From: Mobula hypostoma
Taxonomy: Eukaryota
Direction of reading: 5' to 3'
NCBI RefSeq assembly: GCF_963921235.1
Contig: NC_086114.1
Coordinates: 1,860,001 to 1,924,000 of the forward strand
Length of the DNA: 64,000 bases
The position numbers were made by a program, and so were the translations under genes. Numbering within the stretch: position 1 is the first letter of the stretch; each line of letters starts with the position of its first letter. Under the pieces are notes generated by a model. That model searched no databases. It was not told the origin of the DNA and saw only the letters and a list, made by a program, of their open reading frames with translations. Positions 36,436 to 49,765 of the stretch are shown here, piece after piece.

Positions 36436-37472
36436 TTGTCCCACGCTTGGGACTGCAACGTTAGTGAGTTTTGCGAAATGGGAACCGCGACCCATATCGG
36501 CTGAACTAACAATTGACCCATTCCATGGATCCAACAGAGTTCCTTTAAATCACTACAATAATCCTTGGGGGTTATATTTCCCTTGGAGACTAAGCCCTCA
36601 CGAGAAACCGTATTTTTTTTCTATAAGAAACACCAAACACAGCAGATCGAAATTAATCTTTCAATTTGTGGTCAATATATAAAGATTTTTTTACAGAATC
36701 TCCCCCGTGTTTGCAGCCTCAGTTTCACTTCTTATCAAACAACTCGCACATTCAAAAAAAACTTTTAAAACTTGTAGGAACTTTTGCCGCAGTAAATTCA
36801 GGGATGTACGGTTTAACTCAGCAGATTAACGGCCGTTTTAACAGGAAATAAAGGCGCATGTTCGGTGTTCCTAACCGTCGGTAATCAAAATCATCGCCGG
36901 CTCCAGGGAATTAAATCCATCCACTACAACGTAAGTTAATTAATAAAATATCAGTTACCAGAGTTTTGTAAACATTTGGCAAATCAATAGTTTGCTCAGT
37001 TCGTTTTTAAATTTTGCCTTTGAGTTATAATTCGATTTTAAACGTATGTAAAACCACAAATTAACGGACGTTTACCATTCGCGTTCGGCTCAGACTTTCT
37101 GCTAACTCACTCACATGTCACACAGCTGAAATTCGATGCAAAGTTCGGGAGATTTAAAAACGTCCAAAGCTTAATTGTTTTTACGTAGCGAACAGATCTG
37201 GTTGAAATTAAGCGCTACCCCAAAATCGCAAAATCATCCAAGGTTGTTCAGTCGGGTGAGCGGGCACTTCACGCCGCCGCTGGGATTCGGCCCGCGTCCT
37301 CGCCATCCCGTTCCCCACCGGCTCGCCTGAACTTGGCGAGGTGAAATCCTCACGCGGGATCCAAACACCGCCGGTTGTCGATCCCACCTGCTGGAATATT
37401 GCACTCGCTTCTAATTATTTTGCGGAATCACGGCAATTTTGTATTATCAAAACGAGTATGAAAAGAGAAGAA

Positions 37473-37478
37473 TTTATT
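37473..37478 (-). terminator. Probable msx3 polyadenylation signal (alternative at 37938-37943)
   Basis: AATAAA on - after an AU-rich 3'UTR segment. Confidence 0.55.
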
Positions 37479-38153
37479 GATGATCGGTGTACAAAACAGT
37501 GGAATTCTCCTGGCCTGTACACAGAAATCTGTACACTAAGAAAATGTAAACAATTTGAACGTATTTAAATGAAATTAAAATATATATTTAAATATCAGTA
37601 AACAAGTGCCAGAGGGTCCAGTCATTTACAAGTGGTTGGCGCCTGGGTTTAATTCTCCGTCCGCCTCGTTCGGACAAGCAACATGTTTAGTTCGAAAGCA
37701 AACGTGGGGAAAGGTTCGGCCGTCTCCCCTGCCCGGCCCAGTCACAGCGCGGGTGTATGGCTGAACCAAGTCCGCTCCTCCAAAATTCCAAGCGCCCGGC
37801 ACTCGGGATTCGGTGCACGGCGACCACCCGGGAGGCCGGGAGATGGAAATTCTCCGCTGCACCGAGCACCGGACTCATCTCCACCGTTACCAGGGCAGAC
37901 TGCAGCTGCATTCGGAGGCTTTTCCGTCCGTGGAAAATTTATTTAATGAATGTAACGGCAGACTTTAGAACAACTCTCGTCTCTAATACGAATTAACACG
38001 AATTGAATCGGATGTAACTGTAGCGAAGAGAGTTGACTAACTAGCGCCGGAACAGTCCGGGCTGTTTGATCGGTCCAAGCGGGGCCTCCACGAGATGGAG
38101 GGGCCGGTGAGTGGGGAGGGTCCCCGGAGTCCCGCGTCCGTGTCCGACAGACT

Positions 38154-38798
<645 letters not shown>

Positions 38799-39704
38799 TT
38801 ACGGCCCAGGAAGAAACGCGACTCCCTCCCTGACAGATCCTAGCGGCACCATGTCAGAGATTCCCCCCGTACTGGCCGTTCACACGGGGGTACAACCGGT
38901 TCCACAGATAAACTGGTCATTCACGGGTCATTCTGGGAATAAGGCGAGTCCCCTCACCCCCCAGGGAAAGCCAATTTACCGGGAACTCCTCCCAAGCACT
39001 AAGTCACGACAGAGTGGGGTACCGTCTTTTCGGGTGGTAACTCCTGCCTGGACCCAAGTTATCGTTCTTCCGAGGCGAGTTACTCGCTTCAGCGCCGGTT
39101 TTGACCCACACCATTCCGCTTTTTAACGCACGCCGCAGTGCTTATTGTTAAACTAATTATACCTTCGAAACTATGTCCTATCCTAGCTTCACGCGAGCAC
39201 GGAAATTTCTCGGTGTTCCGGTGTATTTGACAATAAACTGTTTCACATTAAAATTCCCAAACTCTGTTGTCTTACTCTTCGTGCGTCCGCCCCACCCGCC
39301 CGCTCCGCTCTCGTTCGGCGCCGCATTTAGCCGCGACTAGTTTAAAGTGAGTTGGGGTCGGTTTGGGGGAATGGGGCAACTCTGGGATCACTTTCCGAGC
39401 TGCCGCCGGGGCGGGGGGTGGGTACCGGAGCTGCAGACAATTCGACCCAATCGGCGCTGAACCGAGCGGGCGGAATAATGAGCCCACAAACGAGAGAAAA
39501 TCTGCAGATGCTGGAAATCCGAGCAACACACACAAAATGCTGGAGGAACTCAGCAGGCCAGGCAGCGTCTATGGAAAAAAGTACAGTCGACGTTTCGGGC
39601 CGAAACCCGTCTCCCAGTCATGGGGGTTTCTCCCTCCCACTCCCCACACCGCACCGGAGAGTGCCAGATTCCCCTCAGGCCACCGCCCAGTTCCCAGTAC
39701 TCAC

Positions 39705-40107
39705 TTGCCGGAGGAGAGTAGCCGGCGTTCGGAACCCACGCCGACACGTCCTTCTCGTTCGTACTTTCCGAGTCGAGAGAGCAGGAATTCTCCGACAAGT
39801 TTTGGAGTTCCTCCGCCGAGCAGCTCCTACCAGGATACTCAGTCCGGGAGCACGGCTGCTCCTTGAGGCCGACAGGCGGGACGGGCACCTCGGGGAGAAC
39901 GACTTGAGTCCTGGGGAACCTCCGATCCGATATCAGGGACTCGACGCTGAACGAGAGGCTGGCCATTGTACATCCTTTCGAGTCGCCAGGAACCCCGTCG
40001 CCACAGTCTCGCCCCTTCTCTGGCGTTTCCCAGCTTTTCTCCCGCTCGTCCGTATCCTGGGTCAGAGGTCCCGGCGGAGAATTCATCCCGCGGAAGGATG
40101 GGGCCAT
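39705..40107 (-). CDS. msx3: Msx homeobox protein, exon 1 (MAPSFRGMNSPPG...SFSVESLISD eh1 motif...WVPNAGYSPPA)
   Basis: ATG at 40107. eh1/Groucho motif FSVESLIS. Donor GCAA|GTGAGT, phase 1, joins exon 2 in frame to give 272 aa. Confidence 0.88.
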
Positions 40108-40229
40108 ACACCTCCGGAAAGCGAGCGCGACCCTGCCCTCAGTCCGGCCCCGCTGACATGGGAGCGCCCCGTCACCCAGATCGCAACCTCCTGATGGGAA
40201 ACTCGCTCTGGAACTTTTGCAAACTTGGA

Positions 40230-40600
40230 GCCCAGTTGGTCGCTTTAAACATTTCGGATCCTTCCTGTCATCCGAGTCGCCTCCAATGAGCGGCCCCGCT
40301 CGGGCTTCTGACGGCGGCAGAGCGGCCGCGATTGGCTTCCAGCTCGGAAAAAGAACAATCAACATCTGGGAGGCACTGAAGAGCGGACAGAGATTGCTCG
40401 CTGGGCACGTTTGCTGAAAGCCCCAGGGCTGGAATCTCCGACCAAACCGGCCGCAGTTTCAACGCAATTAAACCGTAAAGGAGCCTTGAGCCAGGACCCG
40501 CTCCCTCTGCGGAAATTTACCGAAAACAGACGCCGCAAAATGAAATCACCTCCGCGAGGAGAATGTGACAGCAAATTTCCGCATTCTACATCCTCAGACA
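40230..40600 (-). promoter_or_regulatory. msx3 proximal promoter
   Basis: TATA-like TTTAAA 40244-40249; opposed CCAAT boxes at 40283-40287 and 40331-40335; GC-rich, with Smad-like GGCGTCTG near 40527-40534. Confidence 0.5.
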
Positions 40601-40619
40601 CAATCCTTTCCGCACTTAC

Positions 40620-41800
40620 ACACTCTCCCACCTCCTCCTCACTCAGTCACCCTCCTCCTCACTCAGTCATCCTCCTCACCCTCTTCCTCACTCCTCCACG
40701 TCCTCACTCATCCTCCTCCTGCTCCACACTCCCCCACCTCCTCCTCACTCAGTCATCCTCCTCACTCAGTCACCCTCCTCCTCACTCAGTCATCCTCCTC
40801 ACTCAGTCATCCTCCTCCTCACTCAGTCACCCTCCTCACTCAGTCATCCTCCTCACTCAGTCATCCTCCTCCTCACTCAGTCATCCTCCTCCTTCTCACT
40901 CAGTCACCCTCCTCCTCACTCAGTCACCCTCCTCCTCACACAGTCACTCTCCTCCTCACTCAGTCACCCTCCTCCTCACTCAGTCACCCTCCTCCTCACA
41001 CAGTCACTTTCCTCCTCACTCAGTCACACTCCTCCTCACTCAGTCATCCTCCTCACCCTCTTCCTCACTCCTCCGCGTCCTCACTCATCCTCCTCCTGCT
41101 CCACACTCCCCCACCTCCTCCTCACTCAGTCATCCTCCTCCTCACTCAGTCTCTCTCCCCTCACTCAGTCATCCTCCTCCTCACCCTCTTCCTCACTCCT
41201 CCACGTCCTCACTCCTCCTCCACACTCTCCCACCTCCTCACTCAGTCACCCTCCTCCTCACTCAGTCACCCTCCTCCTCACACAGTCACTCTCCTCCTCA
41301 CTCAGTCACCCTCCTCCTCACTCAGTCACCCTCCTCCTCACACAGTCACTTTCCTCCTCACTCAGTCACCCTCCTCCTCACTCAGTCATCCTCCTCCTCA
41401 CTCAGTCATCCTCCTCCTCCTCACTCAGTCATCCTCCTCCTCCTCACTCAGTCACCCTCCTCCTCACCCTCTTCCTCACTAACCCACCTCACTCCTCCGC
41501 ATCCTCACTCGCCCTCCTCCTGCTCCACACTCTCCCACCTCCTCCTCACTCACCTTCCTCCTCCTCCTCACTGAGTCACCATCCTCCTCAATCTCCTCCT
41601 CACATGCTTCCTCACTCACCCTCTTCCTCATTAACCCACCTCCTCACTCACTTGCCTTCCTCATTTGCCCTGCTCCTCACTCTTTCTCCTCCCCCTCACA
41701 CTCCACATCCTCACTCTCCTTCTCACTCACCTTCATCACCCCCTTAACCTCACTCTCCTCCTCACTCACCCTCCTCCTCCTCATGCACCCTCCTCCACAG
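40620..41800. repeat. ~1.2 kb minisatellite (unit about CTCCTCCTCACTCAGTCAYC) just upstream of the msx3 promoter
   Basis: Direct tandem repetition of an 18-24 nt unit. Confidence 0.92.
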
Positions 41801-41814
41801 ATCTCAGCTCGCAT

Positions 41815-44800
41815 CAGTAATGATCTTTCAAGAATCGCTAGATTCTGGAATGGTTCTGGAAGTTTGGAACATTGCAAATGTCACTCCACTCTTCAGGAAG
41901 GGAGAGAGGCAGAGGAAAATAAACTATAGAACAGTTAGTCTGATCTCAGTGGTTGGAGTTGATTGCTAAGGATGTGTTTCTGGGGTATTCGGAGGCACGT
42001 GATTTAAAAAGGCTGTAGACAGCATGATTTCCTGAAGGGAAGGTCTTACCTGACAGTTCTGATGGAATTCTTTGAAGAAATAACAAGCAGGATTGACAAA
42101 GTGAACGTTGTGCACTTGGGTTTTCAGAAGGCCTTAACAAGGCGCCACACATGAGGCTGCTTAACAAATTAAGAGCCTATCGTATTTCAGGAAAGATTCT
42201 AGCATGGATAGAGCATTGCTGGTTAGCAGGAGGCAAAGAGCAGGGATAAAGGGGGCCTTTTCTAACTGGCTGCCGGTGACTAGTGGTGTTCCACAGGGGT
42301 CTGTGTTGGAACTGATTCTTTTTACATTATATGTCAATGACTTGGACAGAACTGATGGCTTGAGGCAAAATTTACAGACAATACAAAGATAGGTGGAAGG
42401 GCTGGTAGTTTTGAGGAAGTAGAGAGGCTACAGAAGGAATTAGTTAGATTAAGAGAATGGGCAAAGAAATGGCAGATGGAATACAGAGTCAGGATGTATA
42501 CGGCCATGTACTTTGGTAGAAGAAATGAAAAGGATGACTATTTTCTACATGGAGATGAAAATACAAAAATCTGAGGTGCAAAGGGACTTGGGAGTCCTTG
42601 AACAGGATTCCCTAAAGGTTAATTTGCAGATTGAGTCTGTGTTGAGGAAGGCAAATACAGTGTTAGCGTTCATTTCAAGAGGACTAGAATATAAAAGCAA
42701 GGATGTAATGTTGATACTTTATAAAGCACTGGTGAGGCCTCACTTGGAGTATTGTGAGCAGTTTTGGGTCCCTTAGCTTCGAAACGACGTGCTGAAACTG
42801 GAGAGGGTTCAAAGGAGGTTCACAAAAATGATTCCAGGATGGAAAGGCTTGTCATAGGAAGAGTGATGGCTCTGGGCCTCCGCTCACTGGAGTTCAGAAG
42901 AGGTGGGGTGACCTCATTGAAACGTATCGGATGTTGAAAGGCCTGGTAGGGTGGGTGTGGAGAGGGTGTTTCCCATGGTGGGAGAGAAAGGCCTGGTAGG
43001 GTGGGTGTGGAGAGGGTGTTTCCCATGGTGGGAGAGAAAGGCCTGGTAGGGTGGGTGTGGAGAGGATGTTTCCCATGGTGGGAGAGAAAGGCCTGGTAGG
43101 GTGGGTGTGGAGAGGGTGTTTCCCATGGTGGGGGGGGGGGAGGCCTGGTAGAGTGGGTGTGGAGAGGGTGTTTCCCATGGTGGGGGGGGGAAGGCCTGGT
43201 AGAGTGGGTGTGGAGAGGGTGTTTCCCATGGTGGGGGGGGGAAGGCCTGGTAGAGTGGGTGTGCAGAGGATGTTTCCCATGGTGGGGGGGGGGAAGGCCT
43301 GGTAGAGTGGGTGTGCAGAGGATGTTTCCCATGGTGGGGGGGGGGGGAAGGCCTGGTAGAGTGGGTGTGCAGAGGATGTTTCCCATGGTGGGGAGGGGGG
43401 GAAAGGCCTGGTAGAGTGGATGTGGAGAGGATGTTTCCCATGGTGGGGGGGAGAAGGCCTGGTAGAGTGGGTGTGGAGAGGGTGTTTCCCATGGTGGGGG
43501 GGGGAAGGCCTGGTAGAGTGGGTGTGCAGAGAATGTTTCCCATGGTGGGGGGGGGAGGCCTGGTAGAGTGGGTGTGGAGAGGGTGTTTCCCATGGTGGGG
43601 GGGGGAGGCCTGGTAGAGTGGGTGTGGAGAGGATGTTTCCCATGGTGGGAGAGAAAGGCCTGGTAGGGTGGGTGTGGAGAGGGTGTTTCCCATGGTGGGG
43701 GGGGGGGAAGGCCTGGTAGAGTGGATGTGGAGAGGATGTTTCCCATGGTGGGAGAGAAAGGCCTGGTAGGGTGGGTGTGGAGAGGATGTTTCCCATGGTG
43801 GGGAGGGCGAAAGGCCTGGTAGGGTGGGTGTGGAGAGGGTGTTTCCCATGGTGGGGGGGGGGGGAAAGGCCTGGTAGAGTGGGTGTGGAGAGGATGTTTC
43901 CCATGGTGGGGGGGGGAAGGCCTGGTAGAGTGGGTGTGGAGAAGATGTTTCCCATGGTGGGGAGGGGGAAAGGCCTGGTAGGGTGGGTGTGGAGAGGATG
44001 TTTCCCATGGTGGGGAGGGGGAAAGGCCTGGTAGGGTGGGTGTGGAGAGGATGTTTCCCATGGTGGGGGGGGGGAAGGCCTGGTAGAGTGGGTGTGGAGA
44101 GGATGTTTCCCATGGTGGGGAGGGGGAAAGGCCTGGTAGGGTGGGTGTGGAGAGGATGTTTCCCATGGTGGGGAGGGGGAAAGGCCTGGTAGGGTGGGTG
44201 TGGAGAGGGTGTTTCCCATAGTGGGGGGGGGAGGCCTGGTAGAGTGGGTGTGGAGAGGATGTTTCCCATGGTGGGGGGGGGGAAGGCCTGGTAGAGTGGG
44301 TGTGGAGAGGATGTTTCCCATGGTGGGGGGGGGGTGGGAAGGCCTGGTAGAGTGGGTGTGGAGAGGATGTTTCCCATGGTGGGGTGGGGGTGGGGGGGAA
44401 AGGCCTGGTAGAGTGGGTGTGGAGAGGGTGTTTCCCATGGTGGGGGCGGGGGGGGGGGGGAAGGCCTGGTAGAGTGGATGTGGAGAGGATGTTTCCCATG
44501 GTGGGGGGGGGAAAGGCCTGGTAGGGTGGGTGTGGAGAGGGTGTTTCCCATGGTGGGAGAGAAAGGTCTGGTAGGGTGGGTGTGGAGAGGGTGTTTCCTA
44601 TGGTGAGGGAGTCTAAGACCAGAGGACACAGCCTCAGAATAGAGGGGCATCCTTTCAGAACAGAGAAGAAGAGGGATTTCTTTAGCCAGAGAGTGGTGAA
44701 TCTGTGGATTTTGTTGTCACAGGAGGCCGTGGAGGTCGAGTCATTGGGTATATTTAGGCACAGGTTGAAAGATTCCTGACTGGTCAGGACACGAAGGAAT

Positions 44801-44920
44801 ACGGGCAGAAGACAGGAGACTGGGGCTGAGAGGGAAATGGTTTAGCCATGATGAAATGGCAAAGCAGACTCGAAGGGCGAAATGGTCTAGTGTTGCTTCT
44901 ACATATTATGGTCTTATGGT
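41815..44920 (+). mobile_element. CR1 LINE RT/3' end with an internal tandem expansion
   Basis: WLPVTSGVPQGSVL..LFTLYVNDLD; RDLGV...LYKALVRPHLEYC; RGHSLRI...FFSQRVVNLW; (TTATGG) tail. Confidence 0.88.
42936..44610. repeat. ~32 copies of a 50-58 nt G-rich unit (AAGGCCTGGTAGRGTGGGTGTGGAGAGGRTGTTTCCCATGGTGGGn) derived from the host CR1
   Basis: Tandem array flanked on both sides by collinear CR1 sequence. Confidence 0.93.
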
Positions 44921-47900
44921 TCACACCCAACCTCCTCCGAAGCCAGGGCTTGAGCTAATAGCCAAGGTATTTAATCAATAGACCGATGATATCGTGGAAG
45001 GCGCCGGCCGCGGTCACATCAATCGCCGAAGCGACGTTGGGGTAACAGGCAGAAGTTAACTCCACAACCAACTGTCCTTAAAACGTCCATGTCTACTATA
45101 CGTATTTCCCCGATCACTCTCACCCCGTCACCGGAGACATTCCCTCAACCCATGGGTATAGTTTTAAAACGTTTCCTGTACCGCACACATCATCATTCAT
45201 ATATCAGACATTTTCTGTACCGAGAAACCTTTTCCAGTTTAATTTCCAGCCTGGCTTTCCTTGCGCGCTATGATTAACGATCGGAAGAGATGCCGCTTTG
45301 GTCACGGAAATATCTCCTTCCTTCGGCTCTCTCGCTGTTCTGCTCCGAATTAAATGTCGTGCGTGCTGGAAACGGCCTGAGATTGTGTTCACTGGAATAC
45401 AACTCAGAAATACACCGTAAACCCTCGCGTTACCGTTCCCTGAGCTCCGGCCACCGCTACCGGGCCTGCCGGTGTACATTTACAGTTGCCGGCCGGGCCC
45501 GCACAGCTCTGAAGTGCTTGTCCGTTTCAGGCTCGGGTCTCTCGGGCTTTTTTTTAGGCCCTGAATCTCGAAGGTGTTTCTCCTCATTTCTCGACCTCTG
45601 GATCGACTCTGAATTGTTCAGCGAGATCCCCAGTGACGGCTCATTTGCCAATGGGTATACTTTGGAAGAAACCCTGGCGGCGAGTTCGCCGTGTGAGGGT
45701 TGCTAAAGTATAACGTGAATTTCAATGAACTGATTCCGTTCAATCGGTGCCGGTGTTCCCGTGTGGTTCGGAATTTACTGGACCTTTTGATATTGATGTT
45801 AACTTCACTGTGTCTGCTATTAACTAGACAGTTTTTTAAAATTAATGTTAACTTGACTATCAGTCTAACTGATCGTTATGAACGCGACCGTTTGATATTA
45901 ACATTAACTTGACTATAGGTTTAGTTTAGTGAACTGTGTAAACTAGCCAGTATGATATTAAAGTCTGGGGTAACACGGCATGAGTGAGAGGAGACGGAGT
46001 CGAGACTTTCCGCGACAGAACAAGTCACGGACGAGGGTTCCTCCCCCCCCCCCCCACCGTCCGTGGGGAGAGGAAAGGGTGGAGTTTGCAATCTCTACAG
46101 CGCGCCATGGTGCATATTCTGAAATTTGGGAACGATTTATCGCAGGCCTCACTAATCTGAAGCAGTTCACGGGAGATGTCTCAGTAGCGTTTGAACTTTA
46201 TTTTGCCTTGTTTTCGTTTTACCTTGTTCTTCCTCAATGCACTGCGTAGCCGATCTGTATAAACAGTATGCAAGAGAAGCTTTTCACTAGATCTGGTACA
46301 TATGACAAAAATTTCAAAAAACAACAAATTTCAGACATATATTAAACTTGATTGCGATTTTAATTCTGAACCAATTTAACACCCGTGTTCCATAGATAGG
46401 TGACGACACGGCGACCAGTTGGGCACTGACATCCTGATGAAGGGTCTCGGCCAGGAATGTCGACCGTTTCTCTTTCCCATGTAGACGCTGGCCGGCCCGC
46501 TGGGTTTGTGTGTGTAGCACTGACGTCCCCGGGTCTGACTCAGAAAGCTCGCCAACCGAAGTAAATCTGTAATTTCCAAAATGAAAAGGCGAGAGCTCGC
46601 TAAACTTTGAAGTATTTCCGTTCCATATTTCAAAGGCAAGTTAAGTTTCGATGTCCTCTTCAATTATCACCCTTCATTACAACACATGAACAACCCAAAC
46701 ACTAACATTTAACACGTTATAGATTTCCGCTGGAGTCGGAGCCAATTGTGCTCGTTTCGTTTGACCACACACTGAAATACTTTCTTCGTACGATCGGCAA
46801 ACCCATTGACAAATATCTGCAAAGTTTTAAACCAAATAAGTAAAAAATTGAAACCTCTTGTTTGACGCGCACAATCCTCTCCCCCTCCCCAGATGTGCCT
46901 ACGGTAATACCTGTCCGGGGAACGGTTCTTTCAACTGGATTTTTTTTTGTTCTACCGCTTCTGTTCTTCTTTGGGCAGTAAATGTATGTTTTTGGGTAAC
47001 CTGAGAATGCGGCGAATTTGCAGCAATTTTGCCGGCCGCTCGCTGTTCACATCCCGACATATTGAACTGATTCTCGTCGAAGTAACTCAACTAACCTGAC
47101 ATTTCAGAATCTTCAAAGCGAGTTGGTGCTTATGGGACCTTTTTACTGTGAATAGTCGTAAGTGTCAGGAAGAAAGGCAGTTTGTGGAATAATAAAATGC
47201 CTTCAAATGGAAATAAAGATGTCACAATAAATTAACATGGTAACGTGCAAATGGAATTAAAACGAAACAGAGAAACTCTAGATCTGAACCCTCCTCCTCA
47301 TACCCGCCGCTAAAAGACTCGGCCGTTCTCGGTACTTTGTTCCGGTCAGCTCTCCGCTGCGGACTGTTAAAATCTTCCCTCTTATCTGTCACTCTGAAAT
47401 TGTTCGCCAATGCCCGCGTCCGCGGGGAGAAAAGGCGCCTCAAAAGTTTCATAAGCTGTTGATTTGTTGAAAGAAAATCAGGGAATATGTTTTGTTTTCG
47501 TTCTCCGCTCGTTGGGCTTGTTGAACGCGGAGAGATCCGCAGGTCCGTCCCCAAACAAATCAATGCCAGATATTTTTTTAAAAACGCTTTATTTTTACCG
47601 GTGGATAATCTGATCCTCGGGCCGATGTGTGTTCAACGAATTGGGCACTAAATATTCTTCACTTTACAATAACCGTACTTCCCCTGGTTTGAATCCCGGG
47701 GATTTATACGTGCGGAGATGAGGTCGTGTCGGTAGTGTGGAATTAACACAGGGCGCTCCGCTCAATCCGTCAGACTCGGCAGTGACACGCGGGGATGTAG
47801 GTAAACATGGAGAAGTGATCAGTGCATCAAATTAGGACAAATTACATTGCCAATTAACTTATTCCCGTTGAATCTAAACTGTATTAAACTGGGTGAAATC

Positions 47901-49275
47901 GGCCGTGGTTTCGGAATGTCTGTTCCGGTTACTCACTTACCAGGACATGAAAATATGATCTTATGTTTTGAATCTATTAAATTCGTTTTGCAACTCATCG
48001 AATTAATTAAGTCATCAGACTTAAGGAGCGCCTGATTGTGATTGTGCCCCGGGAGTGCGGCCTCCCGTATGCACAATGCAGTGGACAAGAAAGATTCTCG
48101 CCGACCACTTCATCAACCCCGTTGTAACTGGCTCCGACAAATTTCGGTGAAAGGAAAAATGTGATCAACTCTAAACAAAATATTCTGAGAGGAAGCCGAA
48201 AGACATCACAACACCTTCGGGCAAACGAGCGGAATGGTCTAAAAGAGAAGCAATGTTATTTGTTCAGTAAACGACCGCCTTAAACCGCAAAACTAGCTGG
48301 CACACAGAAACGCCTACTGCAGCTCCGGTTTCACAATATTCTTTAACAAATACAGCTCCGGATCAGAACCAACATTTCTCGATTTCAAGGAAAAATCTAA
48401 AGTTTCAACGAGTATCGAAGAGCTTTCGACATGATCATGCCCTGGCCGACAGCCGACCGTTCAGTCGAAGTCCCGGCCGCCTTGACGATCGCCAAACTGT
48501 TAATTACCACTGTCCGACAACAAGATGTACGAGGAAGATGTTTAAATTGTGCTTGCAGCCGAGTCCCGGAGGAAACGGTTTAATATATGCAATTGCCCGG
48601 GAGTAAGGGAATGTTCCCAAGACCGAAGGGAATTGAAAATGAAAATCGGAAAGCTTCACTTCGAAGCGAGCCAGTAATTTTACTTCACCTTCGCGAGAGC
48701 AGCCCGTAATAATTTTATAGAAATGGTACAAGTATTTAGTATGTTAGATCCGAGTGGAAGGTCGGATGAAGACTCGGAGCCGGCGAGGGGCGTCCCCAGG
48801 TCCTCTTTGTAGTTTGACATATGTTGTCAGTAATTAATTCAGTCCGGCCTAATTTTTAGCCTTTCAGATACTGTACTGTTAATTTTAAGTGGAACCAGGC
48901 AGTGAGTAATGATATTGTTAACATCTGCAGGCGGCAGGGGTGAAGACAAGCGTTCACTCCCGGCGGGAGAGTGGGGCGAACCTGGACTTTGAGAGCCGTT
49001 CTGCTGTGGTTCCGGCGCCTCCCGCTTCAAACCCCGGGGAGGCGGCGACCGGAGTCAGAGCGCACGGTAACTCGTGCCGTTTGGTTCGGCTGACGCTCCC
49101 CGTCCCTTCTCCAGCCGGTGTCGTATGTTAATGCACTCGGCGCCTATCGGCCACTCTAAAACAGAATAATTGGCGCGATTTGCGTGTTAAACTTGAATCG
49201 GCGGTGCCTCTGCTGAACTCAGACATTACTCGAGGACATTCGGTCCGTCCACTCCTTCTAGACACACCGGAAAGA

Positions 49276-49765
49276 TGTATCTCACCAGATTGATTCCTGG
49301 AATGGCAGGACTTTCATATGATGAAAGACTGGATGAACTAGGCTTATACTCGTTGGAATTTAGAAGATTGAGGGGGAATCTTATTGAAACCTATAAAATC
49401 CTAAAGGAATTGGACAAGCTAGATGCAGGAAGATTGTTCCCGATGTTGGGGAAGTCCAGAACGAGGGGTCACAGTTTGAGGATAAAGGGGAAGCCTTTTA
49501 GAACCGAGATTAGGAAAAACTTCTTCACACAGAGAGTGGTGAATCTGTGGAATTCTCTGCCACAGGAAACAGTTGAGGCCAGTTCATTGGCTATATTTAA
49601 GAGGGAGTTAGATATGGCCCTTGTGGCTAAAGGGATCAAGGGGTATGGAGGGAAGGCCGGTACAGGGTTCTGTTGGATGATCAGCCATGATCACACTGAA
49701 TGGCGGTGCAGGCTCGAAGGGCCGAAGGGCCTACTCCTGCACCTATTTTCTATGTTTCTATGTTA
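49276..49765 (+). mobile_element. Young CR1 3' fragment
   Basis: Uninterrupted TRLIPGMAGLSYDERL...RGHSLRI...FFTQRVVNLWNSLP; (TTCTATGT)n tail. Confidence 0.88.

Noticed and set aside
39550-40365. 271-aa ORF taken as a single-exon protein
   Set aside because: Only 40107-39705 is msx exon 1. The upstream part starts at a non-ATG codon in the promoter and the downstream part reads into the intron.
40411-41574. 387-aa and 305-aa Ser/His/Pro/Leu ORFs
   Set aside because: Minisatellite translation.
42820-44650. Three 510-580 aa repetitive ORFs on -; superficially a CRISPR-like repeat/spacer array
   Set aside because: CR1-derived tandem array. The variable part is only a poly-G run, not unique spacers. 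Eukaryotic context with no cas genes.
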